A stretch of 64,000 bases of DNA from an uncultured Candidatus Saccharibacteria bacterium (GCA_964646765.1 CAZYIA010000003.1:66815-130814); one strand, 5' to 3'; positions 1 to 9,718 are shown, numbered from the stretch's first letter. Translations and numbers: made by a program. Notes: generated from the letters alone by a model not told the origin.

Positions 1-5
1 TTGTT

Positions 6-701
6 GTGCACGGCGACGGCAAGGCAGATTTTGAAACTCTCGCTGATCTCGTAGCAATGAATCGGCCGGAAATGCTCGGAGTAGGGGAACCTCTGGTTAT
101 TGGCGAAATAACTATCCCACGACCAGGAATTGTGCACCGACTCGATAAAGAAACTTCTGGCGTAATGATTCTAGCGAAAACCCACGAAGCTTTTTCATTG
201 CTTAAGTCTGCATTCGCCGATCGCGAAGTTCAGAAGGTATACCATGCGTTTACCTACGGCGCGATAAAAAATTCCGAAGGAGTAATTGATACGCCAATCG
301 GTCGTTCGTCAGGCGATATTCGCAAATGGGCTGTAGCTCGCGGTGCTCGTGGTGAGCTTCGAGAAGCAGTTACTGAATATACTGTTCTTGCTCGCCTCGG
401 ACTTCCAGAAGGGAAAGAGAGAGGTAGCACAGAACCAGGAACCTACTCATATATAGAAGCGCGACCAAAGACTGGCCGAACCCACCAAATCCGAGTGCAT
501 ATGCGCTCGATTAACCATCCAATTATTTGCGACGCCCTCTATGCCCCAGGCCGAGAGGGAGGACTTGGTTTTTCACGATTAGCGCTTCACGCTCGTTCGC
601 TTACCTTAACGCTTCCAAATGGTACAGAGCAGACTTTTACAGCTCCATTTCCGGCTGATTTTATAGAAGCTCGAAAAGTTGCGGGATGCGAAAACGTGTG
701 A
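6..701 (+). CDS. RluA-family pseudouridine synthase (window-truncated at the 5' end)
   Basis: Catalytic HRLDKETSG motif and a conserved C-terminal [10 protein letters not shown] block. The N-terminal S4 / early core is missing, so the gene probably starts upstream of the window. Confidence 0.8.
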   Translation: MHGDGKADFETLADLVAMNRPEMLGVGEPLVIGEITIPRPGIVHRLDKETSGVMILAKTHEAFSLLKSAFADREVQKVYHAFTYGAIKNSEGVIDTPIGRSSGDIRKWAVARGARGELREAVTEYTVLARLGLPEGKERGSTEPGTYSYIEARPKTGRTHQIRVHMRSINHPIICDALYAPGREGGLGFSRLALHARSLTLTLPNGTEQTFTAPFPADFIEARKVAGCENV

Positions 702-718
702 TAGAGTAAGCCCCGTTA

Positions 719-1110
719 TGAAATTGGGTATCAAACTCTCTCCAGCTGAGACTGACGAGCGCAAGAAGCTCGCTTTTTCTTCTGGTGACACGCTCCGCGT
801 ATGGTCAAAAGTGAAGGATAAGGATAAGTTCCGTCTCCAAGCTTTTGAAGGTATTGTTCTTGCTCGTAAACATGGGGCAACTGCTGGGGCAACTTTTACT
901 GTTCGCAAAATATCAAATGGTGTTGGTGTTGAACGTATTTTCCCGCTCTACTCACCAATGATCGATAAGATTGAAGTAGTCCGCCAGGCTCGCGCTCGTC
1001 GTTCGAAGCTCTACTACGTTCGAGAAAAAGCTGTTCGCGATATTCGTCGCAAGATGAAGAGCGTTACAGTTACAACTACTGACGAAGCAGAAGCAACTGC
1101 AACTGAATAA
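719..1110 (+). CDS. rplS: 50S ribosomal protein L19
   Basis: FRxGDTxRVxxKVxExxKxRxQxFEGxVxARK...[30 protein letters not shown] matches L19 along its whole length. ATG at 719 chosen over the longer track ORF. Confidence 0.9.
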
Positions 1111-1114
1111 CTAG

Positions 1115-1139
1115 AAAAATCCCGCTTGGCGGGATTTTT
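1115..1139 (+). terminator. Rho-independent terminator after rplS
   Basis: AAAAATCCCGC-ttg-GCGGGATTTTT hairpin followed by a T run. Confidence 0.7.
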
Positions 1140-1156
1140 CGTTGGTCAGAAAATAC

Positions 1157-1185
1157 TTGAAAAATAAGATAAGTTTGGGTATAGT
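1157..1185 (+). promoter_or_regulatory. Candidate sigma70-type promoter for tRNA-Leu
   Basis: TTGAAA (1157-1162), 17-nt spacer, TATAGT (1180-1185), about 21 nt upstream of the mature tRNA 5' end. Confidence 0.45.
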
Positions 1186-1206
1186 GGGGCACGCACTACT
1201 ATATAT

Positions 1207-1290
1207 GCGCGGGTGGCGAAATTGGTAGACGCACTACCTTGAGGTGGTAGCGGCCGCAAGGCTGTGGAAGTTCAAATCTTCTCCCGCGCA
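1207..1290 (+). tRNA. tRNA-Leu (anticodon GAG), class II with long variable arm
   Basis: Cloverleaf folded by hand. Acceptor GCGCGGG/CCCGCGC, anticodon stem CTACC/GGTAG with loop TTGAGGT, a 15-nt variable arm, T-loop TTCAAAT, discriminator A. CCA is not encoded. Confidence 0.85.
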
Positions 1291-1299
1291 CATGATACA

Positions 1300-1326
1300 A
1301 AAAAGGCGACTGCTCGCCTTTTTTGT
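1300..1326 (+). terminator. Rho-independent terminator after tRNA-Leu
   Basis: GGCGAC-tgc-TCGCC hairpin followed by TTTTTTG. Confidence 0.7.
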
Positions 1327-1332
1327 TTACAT

Positions 1333-1560
1333 GGGCGAGGCGGAGTGATGTTTTGCGAGCACGCAAAACCACGAGCCGGGGTCGCGGAATTGTATGAGCG
1401 ACGGCGAATACAATATCCGTGACCACAAGTAAAAGACGAGCGAAGGCTCGTCTTTTACTATGCGCGGGAAGTGAGCAGCCTGCGTTGCTCACGTGGAGAT
1501 TTGAACGCCGGAGCGATATTCGGCTAGCAAGCCGAATCGCGAGGCGGTGCCCAGACAAAG
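1333..1560 (+). ncRNA. Unclassified structured RNA-like element, copy A of a tRNA-adjacent conserved element
   Basis: A core of about 75 nt (1333-1405) is roughly 80 % identical to 19328-19401. It contains stem GTTTTGCG-agcac-CGCAAAAC (1350-1369), whose two variant positions covary in copy B. Further perfect hairpins follow: GACGAGC-gaag-GCTCGTC, GTGAGCA...TGCTCAC and GCGATATTCGGC...GCCGAATCGC. 1461-1510 carries tRNA-Leu-derived fragments: TATGCGCGGG repeats the tRNA 5' end, and the minus strand reads like a tRNA-Leu T-loop plus 3' acceptor interrupted by a hairpin. There is no credible ORF; the 119-aa antisense track ORF is rejected. Confidence 0.4.
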
Positions 1561-1681
1561 GCGAGTGACGATGAGCCTTTAGTTGCGGGCAAATCTTCTT
1601 GTTATGCTTGTTAACTTGTAACCCAAGAAACTATTCCCAGTTTCTGGAGGTTTTTTAGTATACATACGATATACTTGTCTC

Positions 1682-4600
1682 ATGTTACCAATTGCGATTG
1701 CTCGATCATTCCGAGCCACAGTGTTTTCTCTGGTCGTACTTTTCTCATTAACGGCAGTACCGGTATTTGCCGCTCCTCCAACGTTGGCAAATTATACGTA
1801 CGCAACAACAGCAACAACAACGAGTGCGACAGCTGACTACACATTTACTTTTACAACAGCAACTGAGGTTACTAACGCTAGTGAAATGATTTTCAAAGGA
1901 GATTTTGGATCTTCGTTTGATCTCTCATCAAGTACAGCTGCTGTTACTGTTGGCGGCACTCCTATAACAGTTGGAGAATTTTGGAATGGAGGAGGAAGTG
2001 GCAATGTATATATTCGGTTAACTGATACAGTACCCGCAGGCTCAAACGTTGTAGTTACCATTTCAAATATTGTTAATCCAAGTTCAGCAGGGTACTACAC
2101 TATTGACTCGGTTGGGACAGGGGACAGTGGACGAAACACTATTGATGCTGTGCCGTATACAACAACATTTACTATTGGTGATCCTACGCCAATTTTTGAT
2201 GGTGGTGATGGATCTGATGGATCACCATTTTTAATCAGTACATGTTTACAACTACAAGGAATATCGCACGATCTTACTGCTACAGCTCACTATAAACTTA
2301 CGACCGATGTTGATTGTTCAGAAACATCGTCGTGGAATGGTGGTAAAGGATTTACACCACTTGGTGATGGAGGTCATCCATTCATGGGGACATTCTTGGG
2401 TAATGGTCACATAATTTCAAATCTCTATATTAATGATGCAGCTTCTGCGTATGCTGGTTTATTTGGTAATGCCTATGGTGGAGCTGTTATCCGAGGCGTT
2501 CAACTGAGTGGCGCCACCGTTATTGGTGGAACGAGCGTTGGTTCTCTTGTTGGGAGCATGGCTGGCGTTACATTTGAATATAACAGTGTAATAACTGCAA
2601 CGGTAACTGCTTCAAATGGCGCAGGATCCGCTGGAGGACTCATTGGGTATGCGGGAGAAGCGAACAATATTCATGATTCCTACTCACAAGACGCAACCAT
2701 AAACGGAGGCACAAGCGCCGGTGGTGTTATTGGTTGGCTTAATGATGGAGTATACAGTTTAGTTTCTAATCTTTATTTTGCTGGCACCAACCTTACTGCT
2801 GGTGACTTCGCCGGACCAATTGCAGGAAGTTCAAACAATACAGTTTCAAATTCGTTTTATGATCATGATCTATACGGAAGTGATAATGGGGTTGGAACAG
2901 CTAAGACAACCGGTGAGATGCAAACTGAATCAACATTCACTGATGCCACTTGGGATTTTGAAGATGTCTGGGTGCTTAATGTAGAAAGTTATCCAACACT
3001 GCGATGGACAGAGCCGGTAACAGCAACCTATGGTGGAGGCGATGGCTCGGAAGGTAGTCCGTTTCAGATAAGTTCGTGCGATCAGTTGCAGTACATGTCT
3101 CATGATCTTACCGCACATTATATTTTGACCGGAGATGTAGATTGTTCAGGAATTACCAACTTCAAGCCAGTTGGTACGATTGATACTCCGTTTACTGGTG
3201 GATTTGATGGAGATCATCACACTATTTCAAATCTCAATATTAACCGACCACTTCGTGACACGGGTGTTGGTTTGTTCGGCGCAATTCAAGGAGTTGCCAT
3301 CACAGATCTTGTTTTAAACACCAACATAAATATCTCAGGTCATGATTATGTAGGTTCTCTCGTTGGTAACGCTGTTAACAGTCAGATAACAAATGTGACT
3401 GCAACTGCAACAGTTAGTGGCCACGGACAAGTTGGTGGACTGATCGGAGCAATCAATGGTGGAACAAATGTTACGCATTCCTCAGTGCTAAATGGAACCA
3501 CCGTGAGTGGATCCTCAGCTGTTGGTGGTTTGATTGGGTTGGAAGCTTCATCAACATATGGAGTGTTTTATGTGACACAGTCATCCGCGGCAGCTACAAC
3601 CGTGAGCGGTGATAATGGAAACATTGGTGGCTTGATCGGGTATGTTTCAACTGGAGGTATTGCCGATTCATACTCTCAATCAAATATAAGTCTTGGAGGC
3701 ATTGCCGTTTCTCAGGTTGGTGGTCTTATCGGTGGTATGAGTCATGGCATGTTGCTTCGAACCTATGCAGCAGGAACTGTTTCGACAAATAGTACTAATG
3801 CCACTACCGCTGGCTTAGTTGGAGGAGCATTCTTTAGAGGATCAATTACCGACTCATTTAGTGCGGTCCATAACTCTGGTATTGGTGCAAGTTTCGTGTA
3901 TGGATTGTATGGATCATTTAGTCTGGATACTGGTGATGGCTTTGCACTTTCCAATAACTTTTATGACGGAAGTCAAAATGACAGCAACGCATGTTATGCA
4001 AGTGGTCCTGATAGTGAATTAAACTGTGTGCAAATCAATCCAATTGATCCCGCAACATATTGGAAGCAGGTAATTAACAGTCCAATTGCAGTGTGGGATA
4101 CCACTACTGTTTGGAATGTTGCTACCAGTGGTTCAAATTGGCCTGAACTTTATGCAGAAGGTGAGCACGCCCCAACAGTGTTTGCTGGAACAGGTACCAC
4201 AAACGATCCATATCAAATCGGTAGTTGTGGTCAGCTTCAGGCAATGAACGAACACCTCGACTCACACTTTATTCTTTTAAGTGATATTAATTGTTCTGAA
4301 ACTTCAGCTTGGAACAGCGGTCTTGGCTTTTCACCAGTAGGAGATCAGACGGATAGATTCCAGGGAGAACTCAACGGTGACGGTCATACTATTAGCGGTT
4401 TGACGATTAACCGTCCTGCTCAAGTTGATGTTGGTTTGTTTGGATATACAGATGGTGCGCTTATAAAAAATATATCTTTAACCACCGCAACAATTACTGG
4501 TCTTACGTATGTTGGAGCACTGGCAGGTTTTATCCGCGATACGACTCTCAATGATGTATCTATTAGTGCAACCGTGAGTGGTGAAAGTAATATAGGTGCG

Positions 4601-5914
4601 CTTGCCGGAATTATTACAGAATCAACAGTTGAAGACTCAAATTCGGAAGGAACTGTCACCAGTTCTGCTAGTCTTGCTGGTGGTTTTGCTGGGGAGACAG
4701 CTTGCGGATCAGAATTCTCACGTGATTTTTCTACAGCAACTGTGAGCGGCGAAACAGATATTGGTGGATTTACCGGATTTGATGGTTGTGAAGGACCTGG
4801 ATCAATATTTAATGAAGTGTATGCAACTGGTAGTGTGACTGGGACAAATAAAGGCATAGGAGGATTGATTGGTCATGCAGTTCAATCGACAGTTCAAAAT
4901 GCGTATGCGAGTGGTGATGTACACGGATCTGACTTAGTTGGTGGTCTTGTTGGAAACGGAATGGATGGTACCTATGCAAAAGTATATGCTCGAGGCCATG
5001 TAACCGGAACTACAGGAAATGTTGGTGGATTATTTGGTAAATTAGCTGGCCAAGAAATTACCATCTCTAATACCGATACTTTTTTTGACGCAACTATTAT
5101 GTCTAACGATCCTGGAACTTGGGGGACAGGGAAGACAACAGCGCAAATGAATTCTAATGGAACATTTATTACTGCTGGTTGGGATTTTGAAGAAGTGTGG
5201 GCTCGCCGTGATGTGCACAATGATGGCTACCCATACTTTAAGTGGCAGTTTGAAGAAACAGACACAACAGCCCCAGTTATCATTTTGACTTCACAACCTC
5301 CACGAAATACAACTACTTCAAATGTCATTTGGGCATTTCAAACAAATGAAGCTTGTGAGGTGATTGCCGAACCAATAGTTGCATCTCCAGCATATGAGGC
5401 TGAGCTTCTCTTTGAAGAAGTTCAGGTTGGTACTAATGTTCATGGAACACTACAACCAGTTCAAACAGGGGAAACATACACTATTACATTTAGTTGTCGC
5501 GATAACGCAGGTAATGTTTCAAATGAGCTCACCGTCGGACCATTTACTGTTGGGAATGGCTCAGGTCCTGTTCTTATCACCACTCCTATCCCAGGATATG
5601 GAGGAGTTCCGCCACTTAATTCTTCTACGGGCACTCCTGGATTAAATGGTGGAATCTCAAACACTGAAATTTTCACGCACGATCTCGGCTTTGGTATGAC
5701 TGATCCTGATGTGAAGCGTCTCCAAGAGTACCTTAACAGCCACAATGCTCAAATTGCTAAATCTGGTCCTGGATCTCCAGGAAAAGAAACTACCCGATTT
5801 GGTTCTCTCACGAGAAGCGCTCTTAAGAAATTTCAGAAAGCACACGGCATTACCCCAACAACTGGTTACTTTGGACCAAAGACCCGAAAGTGGGTGAATG
5901 AGCACTGGAATTAG
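1682..5914 (+). CDS. Giant secreted GLUG-repeat surface protein with C-terminal peptidoglycan-binding domain (1410 aa)
   Basis: N-terminal signal peptide (FSLVVLFSLTAVPVFAAPP). Three copies of a roughly 280-aa module (GDGSxGSPFxIxxCxQLQxxxHDLxxHYxLxxDxDCSxT...GHxISNLxIN) followed by arrays of GGLIG/GGLVG (GLUG) motifs. The C-terminal 60 aa form a PG_binding_1-like domain (LQEYLN...GPGSPGKETTRFGSLTRSALKKFQKAHGITPTTGYFGPKTR). Confidence 0.85.
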   Translation: MLPIAIARSFRATVFSLVVLFSLTAVPVFAAPPTLANYTYATTATTTSATADYTFTFTTATEVTNASEMIFKGDFGSSFDLSSSTAAVTVGGTPITVGEFWNGGGSGNVYIRLTDTVPAGSNVVVTISNIVNPSSAGYYTIDSVGTGDSGRNTIDAVPYTTTFTIGDPTPIFDGGDGSDGSPFLISTCLQLQGISHDLTATAHYKLTTDVDCSETSSWNGGKGFTPLGDGGHPFMGTFLGNGHIISNLYINDAASAYAGLFGNAYGGAVIRGVQLSGATVIGGTSVGSLVGSMAGVTFEYNSVITATVTASNGAGSAGGLIGYAGEANNIHDSYSQDATINGGTSAGGVIGWLNDGVYSLVSNLYFAGTNLTAGDFAGPIAGSSNNTVSNSFYDHDLYGSDNGVGTAKTTGEMQTESTFTDATWDFEDVWVLNVESYPTLRWTEPVTATYGGGDGSEGSPFQISSCDQLQYMSHDLTAHYILTGDVDCSGITNFKPVGTIDTPFTGGFDGDHHTISNLNINRPLRDTGVGLFGAIQGVAITDLVLNTNINISGHDYVGSLVGNAVNSQITNVTATATVSGHGQVGGLIGAINGGTNVTHSSVLNGTTVSGSSAVGGLIGLEASSTYGVFYVTQSSAAATTVSGDNGNIGGLIGYVSTGGIADSYSQSNISLGGIAVSQVGGLIGGMSHGMLLRTYAAGTVSTNSTNATTAGLVGGAFFRGSITDSFSAVHNSGIGASFVYGLYGSFSLDTGDGFALSNNFYDGSQNDSNACYASGPDSELNCVQINPIDPATYWKQVINSPIAVWDTTTVWNVATSGSNWPELYAEGEHAPTVFAGTGTTNDPYQIGSCGQLQAMNEHLDSHFILLSDINCSETSAWNSGLGFSPVGDQTDRFQGELNGDGHTISGLTINRPAQVDVGLFGYTDGALIKNISLTTATITGLTYVGALAGFIRDTTLNDVSISATVSGESNIGALAGIITESTVEDSNSEGTVTSSASLAGGFAGETACGSEFSRDFSTATVSGETDIGGFTGFDGCEGPGSIFNEVYATGSVTGTNKGIGGLIGHAVQSTVQNAYASGDVHGSDLVGGLVGNGMDGTYAKVYARGHVTGTTGNVGGLFGKLAGQEITISNTDTFFDATIMSNDPGTWGTGKTTAQMNSNGTFITAGWDFEEVWARRDVHNDGYPYFKWQFEETDTTAPVIILTSQPPRNTTTSNVIWAFQTNEACEVIAEPIVASPAYEAELLFEEVQVGTNVHGTLQPVQTGETYTITFSCRDNAGNVSNELTVGPFTVGNGSGPVLITTPIPGYGGVPPLNSSTGTPGLNGGISNTEIFTHDLGFGMTDPDVKRLQEYLNSHNAQIAKSGPGSPGKETTRFGSLTRSALKKFQKAHGITPTTGYFGPKTRKWVNEHWN
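5693..5905 (+). repeat. Shared C-terminal PG-binding cassette, nucleotide-level repeat (partner at 11861-12075; diverged copy at about 9430-9640)
   Basis: 5693-5737 and 11861-11905 match at 41 of 44 nt (GGyATGACTGAyCCTGATGTGAAGCGTCTCCAAGAGTAyCTTAA). Similarity continues through GGATCTCCAGGA...TTTGGACCAAAGAC, about 80 % identity over roughly 200 nt. Confidence 0.7.
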
Positions 5915-5945
5915 GTCTCAGTACTACAAATTTATCCACACATAT

Positions 5946-5978
5946 AGTAAAGGGAGCCAAGTCTTGGCTCCCTTTACT
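5946..5978 (+). terminator. Perfect 16-bp inverted repeat between surface-protein genes 1 and 2
   Basis: AGTAAAGGGAGCCAAG-tc-TTGGCTCCCTTTACT. There is no T tract, so it could be a terminator, an attenuator or an RNA processing/protein-binding site. Confidence 0.5.
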
Positions 5979-5993
5979 ATATACTTAGAGCAT

Positions 5994-8900
5994 ATGTTTA
6001 TATCACGACGTCTTTTTTCAGTCGTTTTCTTTGCGATTGCTATTGTACTAGTATCGGGAGTTTCATTTCCAACCATCGTTCATGCCGCGGCAACCGATGT
6101 TACTTCGTGTGCAGATTTTGAAAATATCAATAACAGTCTTGATGGTGATTATGTTCTAACCACTAACATTGATTGTACCGACGAAGGTAACGCGATCATG
6201 GTAGGCACTGACGGTAGTCCGTTCACTGGTACATTTGATGGCCAAGGTCATAAAATTACCGTAAACATTAATGTTACAGGTAGTGATTATGTCGGTCTCT
6301 TCCGAGCAATTTCAGATCCGGGTACTCGTGTAGAAAATTTGTGGGTTTCTGGCACAATCGCCGTTACCAACCAACATGGTACTGGTGCGGTAGTTGGAGA
6401 AACAAAAAGTAACTCCACTGTTTCAGAAGTAGTTAGCGATGCAACCATTACTTCTAATTATTACAACGTCGGTGGTCTCATTGGCGAAATGACCGGAAAT
6501 TCTCTTCTGGCTGATTCCTACTTCGTTGGTTCAGTCACGGCAAACATTAATATTGGGGGACTGGTTGGTTCGGCGGCAAATGCAGAAATTACTACTTCAT
6601 ATGCTGCGGGAGAAATTCACACAGACTATTTTCATAATTGGGCTGGTGGGTTAGTGGGTCATACATTCAACAGTGCTGTCTATATTATTTACTCTTTCAA
6701 CGCGAGCTCGATGGACACCAACGGCGGCGGTTTGATCGGTTATAGAGATGATACGCTCAGCGTCAGTGATAGTTACTACGATGCCACTATTTCTGGAGCC
6801 ACTGCCTGCGATCATGAAGACGTCGGTGGATCACTCACAGGTTGTACGGCTATTGTTGGTAATTCAGGTTATTTTAAAGATGACGTAACAAGCACCGCAC
6901 CATTTGCAGGCGGTACTTGGAATTTCACCGACACATGGGAGATTGCTACCAATGACTACCCACGACTCAAAGTGTTTGAAGCACTTTACCCAGTTCCGAC
7001 ATACGCAGGCGGAGTTGGCACACCAGAAAATCCATATCAAATCACTACTTGTGCGGGTATTGAAGATATCGACAACCATCTTTCAGCCTCATATGTGCTT
7101 AACAGTGATATCGATTGTACTTCAGCGCAAAATGACATTATTGTCCGAGGCCAATTCTCCGGAACGTTCAATGGTAATGGTCACACCATCACACTTTATA
7201 TAGACACGACAGATGACGGCATCGGTTTGTTTGAAATACTCTACGGTGCACACGTCAAAAATCTGCATCTTAGTGGTCAAATCATGGGAGGTGGTCTTGA
7301 AGGCGCGCTCGCTGGTACAGCAGATAATGGAACAATCATCCAATATGTAGGCAGTGATGTAAGCGTGTCTACACATACTGGTTCAAACCTGACTGGCGGC
7401 CTTGTTGGATTGCTGACACAGCACTCGTTAATTTCAAATTCGTTTAGCACTGGAGAAATTACAGCAGATGGATACGCAACCGGCGGTTTAGTAGGTTCAC
7501 TCTTTTATAGCGGAAGTATTGATCGTTCGTATGCTTCAGGCGCGGTTCATGGCGGGACAGATACAGGTGGCCTCGTTGGTAAGGGTGATACGCAGGCAGG
7601 ATCAATCACTCAAAGTTTCCAAGCCGGCCATGTGGACGGCGGACCGAATACTGGAAGTATTATTGGAGAAAGAGCGGCAGCAACATTGGCTGATGATTAC
7701 TTTGACGCAGACATAAATGGTCTCGGTGCTGTTTGTGCTGGAGATGCAAGTAACGCATGTACTTTTGTGAATGGCGAGGGAAGTAATCCGAATTATTTCA
7801 TTAACAATAGTGAGAATCCTCCGTTTCCTGAATGGGACTTCAATAACGTATGGATAACCAGCACAGGGAAGCTGCCATATTTGCGGACACCAGTTACCGC
7901 TTCGATGGCATACTATCCGCTCGATGATATCAGCGGTTCGTTTACTCAAACTACTCCAGATCTTACAGGGTTTCGTGATGCAACACTGCACGGTGCTACA
8001 CTCCCATCTCGTGTTACGGGCAACTTCCAGCATGCCCTGTCGTTTAACGGATCAAACTATGCAAGTACCTCACTTCCATTTTCTCAAAGCGGCACAATAT
8101 CGCTCTGGGCATACCCAACGACAACAGGTGCTGGCATAAGTCCTGCAGGTTGGAAGCTCACAGGTCCAGGTAATGGTTATGTGCTTTTGGATGAAGGCGA
8201 TGGAAGTCATTGGCGCGCAAATTTTCAGCCGGATATTGATGGTGCGAGTGGAGTAGTAGTAGAAGATTTAAGTTCAATTGCTACCAATCAATGGAACCAT
8301 TTAGTGATGACGTGGTCATATAATTCAATTGCAAATGAGACCACAGTTCATTTGTACGTAAACGGAGTTGATAAAGGCTCAGAGATTTGGGCTGGCACAC
8401 CAGGTGCTAATGGCCTCGGCGGATTCAATATCGGAAAGTCAGGAGATTCTAATGGCGATTACTTCACTGGTAAAATTGATGAAGTCCGCGTATACGATTA
8501 TGCCCTCGGCGCCGGAGAGGTTGCGGATCTCGCCGGTCTCGCTGTTGATCATGTGAGCGGCGTGCCAACCGTCACTGCTACAAGTCCGGAAGACGGCGCA
8601 ACTGGAGTACAAACTAATCATGAAATGAGCGGCACGATTACTTTCTCGGAGGCGATGAATCCGAACCTAAGCGAACTTTCATTTGCTCCATGTGCTTCTA
8701 CATGTCCAACCGCGGTTCTTGGTTGGGACAATGGTGATACCGTACTTGGGTTCTTGATTAATGATCCAAATCCACTCGCCCCAAATACTGAGTATACCGT
8801 TATTGTACGTGGCCAAAGTGTTGAAGGCGTATTAATGGCTTCACCATATTCGTTCTCATTTACTACTGAAGATACAGTTACGGAAACTCCAATCATGGAA

Positions 8901-9665
8901 ATTACCGCTCCACAGTCAGGTAGTTCTTATAAAACCAATGAAACGATGCATTTTAATTTCACACTTCCAGAGTTAATGTCTGCCGATACTTTGTCTATCA
9001 CATTTACGCGAACTGACACAGATGCCTCCGATATTGTTCTCAATATGAAGGATGCAAATGCAGAACAAGAAAATATCTTTGATTTACCTCTCAATAATCT
9101 AGCTGGTGCAGAAGAAGTAGTACTTGCTCACGTGATGCAGGATACGGTAAACAATATTCCTGCTGGAACCTATACCATTACGCTTTCGTACCAAGATGCT
9201 GCAGGAAATCCTGCTGCTACGGCTTCAATTTCAAATATTGTTATTGCTGAACCGACAGTCACTTCGCACAACGTTACTCTTATTCCTTCAGGCCCTGGTA
9301 GTATTGGACACTTTGTTTCATCTTCAGGTACGAACGCATCCGACTGCCAACCAGGATTTCTTGTTTCGCCAAATACGGGGCAATCCTGTATCCAGGAGCA
9401 ACAGCCCACAGCTATCTTCCTCAAGGACCTCAAAAAGGGAATGGTTGATCCCGACGTCTCTAAACTTCAACACTACCTTGATCTCGCTGGTTTCCCAGTA
9501 GCACTTACTGGCCCAGGCTCGCTTAACCATGAAACTACGACTTTTGGGTCAAAAACAGTGATAGCTTTAAAGAAATTTCAGAAAGCTCATGGTATTCCAG
9601 CAACTGGTTTCTTTGGACCAAAAACGAGAGCCTATGTTAATGCTCATCTCGATATACTCAAATAA
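5994..9665 (+). CDS. Giant secreted GLUG-repeat protein with LamG (concanavalin-like) lectin domain and C-terminal peptidoglycan-binding domain
   Basis: ATG at 5994 gives a signal peptide (MFISRRLFSVVFFAIAIVLVSGVSFPTIVHAAA), whereas the track start at 5898 overlaps gene 1. GLUG motifs are present (VGGLIGEMTG, IGGLVGSAAN, TGGLVGKGD). A Laminin_G_3-like block spans LHGATLPS...GTISLWAYP...NQWNHLVMTW...LYVNGV...GKIDEVRVYDYAL. The C-terminus is PG_binding_1-like (DVSKLQHYLD...FQKAHGIPATGFFGPKTRAYV). Confidence 0.85.
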   Translation: MFISRRLFSVVFFAIAIVLVSGVSFPTIVHAAATDVTSCADFENINNSLDGDYVLTTNIDCTDEGNAIMVGTDGSPFTGTFDGQGHKITVNINVTGSDYVGLFRAISDPGTRVENLWVSGTIAVTNQHGTGAVVGETKSNSTVSEVVSDATITSNYYNVGGLIGEMTGNSLLADSYFVGSVTANINIGGLVGSAANAEITTSYAAGEIHTDYFHNWAGGLVGHTFNSAVYIIYSFNASSMDTNGGGLIGYRDDTLSVSDSYYDATISGATACDHEDVGGSLTGCTAIVGNSGYFKDDVTSTAPFAGGTWNFTDTWEIATNDYPRLKVFEALYPVPTYAGGVGTPENPYQITTCAGIEDIDNHLSASYVLNSDIDCTSAQNDIIVRGQFSGTFNGNGHTITLYIDTTDDGIGLFEILYGAHVKNLHLSGQIMGGGLEGALAGTADNGTIIQYVGSDVSVSTHTGSNLTGGLVGLLTQHSLISNSFSTGEITADGYATGGLVGSLFYSGSIDRSYASGAVHGGTDTGGLVGKGDTQAGSITQSFQAGHVDGGPNTGSIIGERAAATLADDYFDADINGLGAVCAGDASNACTFVNGEGSNPNYFINNSENPPFPEWDFNNVWITSTGKLPYLRTPVTASMAYYPLDDISGSFTQTTPDLTGFRDATLHGATLPSRVTGNFQHALSFNGSNYASTSLPFSQSGTISLWAYPTTTGAGISPAGWKLTGPGNGYVLLDEGDGSHWRANFQPDIDGASGVVVEDLSSIATNQWNHLVMTWSYNSIANETTVHLYVNGVDKGSEIWAGTPGANGLGGFNIGKSGDSNGDYFTGKIDEVRVYDYALGAGEVADLAGLAVDHVSGVPTVTATSPEDGATGVQTNHEMSGTITFSEAMNPNLSELSFAPCASTCPTAVLGWDNGDTVLGFLINDPNPLAPNTEYTVIVRGQSVEGVLMASPYSFSFTTEDTVTETPIMEITAPQSGSSYKTNETMHFNFTLPELMSADTLSITFTRTDTDASDIVLNMKDANAEQENIFDLPLNNLAGAEEVVLAHVMQDTVNNIPAGTYTITLSYQDAAGNPAATASISNIVIAEPTVTSHNVTLIPSGPGSIGHFVSSSGTNASDCQPGFLVSPNTGQSCIQEQQPTAIFLKDLKKGMVDPDVSKLQHYLDLAGFPVALTGPGSLNHETTTFGSKTVIALKKFQKAHGIPATGFFGPKTRAYVNAHLDILK

Positions 9666-9681
9666 ATAATAGAACTTTACT

Positions 9682-9718
9682 AAAAAAAACCAGAACAAAT
9701 CCTCGTTCTGGTTTTTTT
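9682..9718 (+). terminator. Rho-independent terminator after surface-protein gene 2
   Basis: A8-CCAGAAC-aaatcctc-GTTCTGG-T7. Confidence 0.8.

Noticed and set aside
1199-1558. 119-aa minus-strand ORF covering tRNA-Leu and the downstream structured element
   Set aside because: It overlaps a well-folded tRNA and hairpin-rich non-coding sequence on the opposite strand. It has an Arg/Leu-rich low-complexity translation typical of antisense GC-rich RNA. It is spurious.
1333-1600. Possibility that element A is a tmRNA (ssrA), RNase P RNA, SRP RNA or 6S RNA
   Set aside because: It has no GGGG...tRNA-Ala-like acceptor pairing with a 3' CCA end, and no tag-peptide frame ending in ALAA-like residues. 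The P4 consensus of RNase P is absent (AGGAAAGUCCGGGCUC), as is the SRP domain IV motif. The pieces are too short, and the element occurs twice.
5898-5993. Track start of surface-protein gene 2 at 5898 (overlapping the gene 1 stop)
   Set aside because: The ATG at 5994 gives a canonical signal peptide and follows the palindromic terminator-like hairpin. The upstream extension would translate through that hairpin.
1837-9530. Numerous 60-145-aa ORFs on both strands inside the giant surface-protein genes (for example 4420-4857 minus, 7602-8033 minus)
   Set aside because: They are embedded in long, compositionally repetitive CDS with clear domain content. The antisense ORFs are by-products of Gly/Thr-rich codon repetition.
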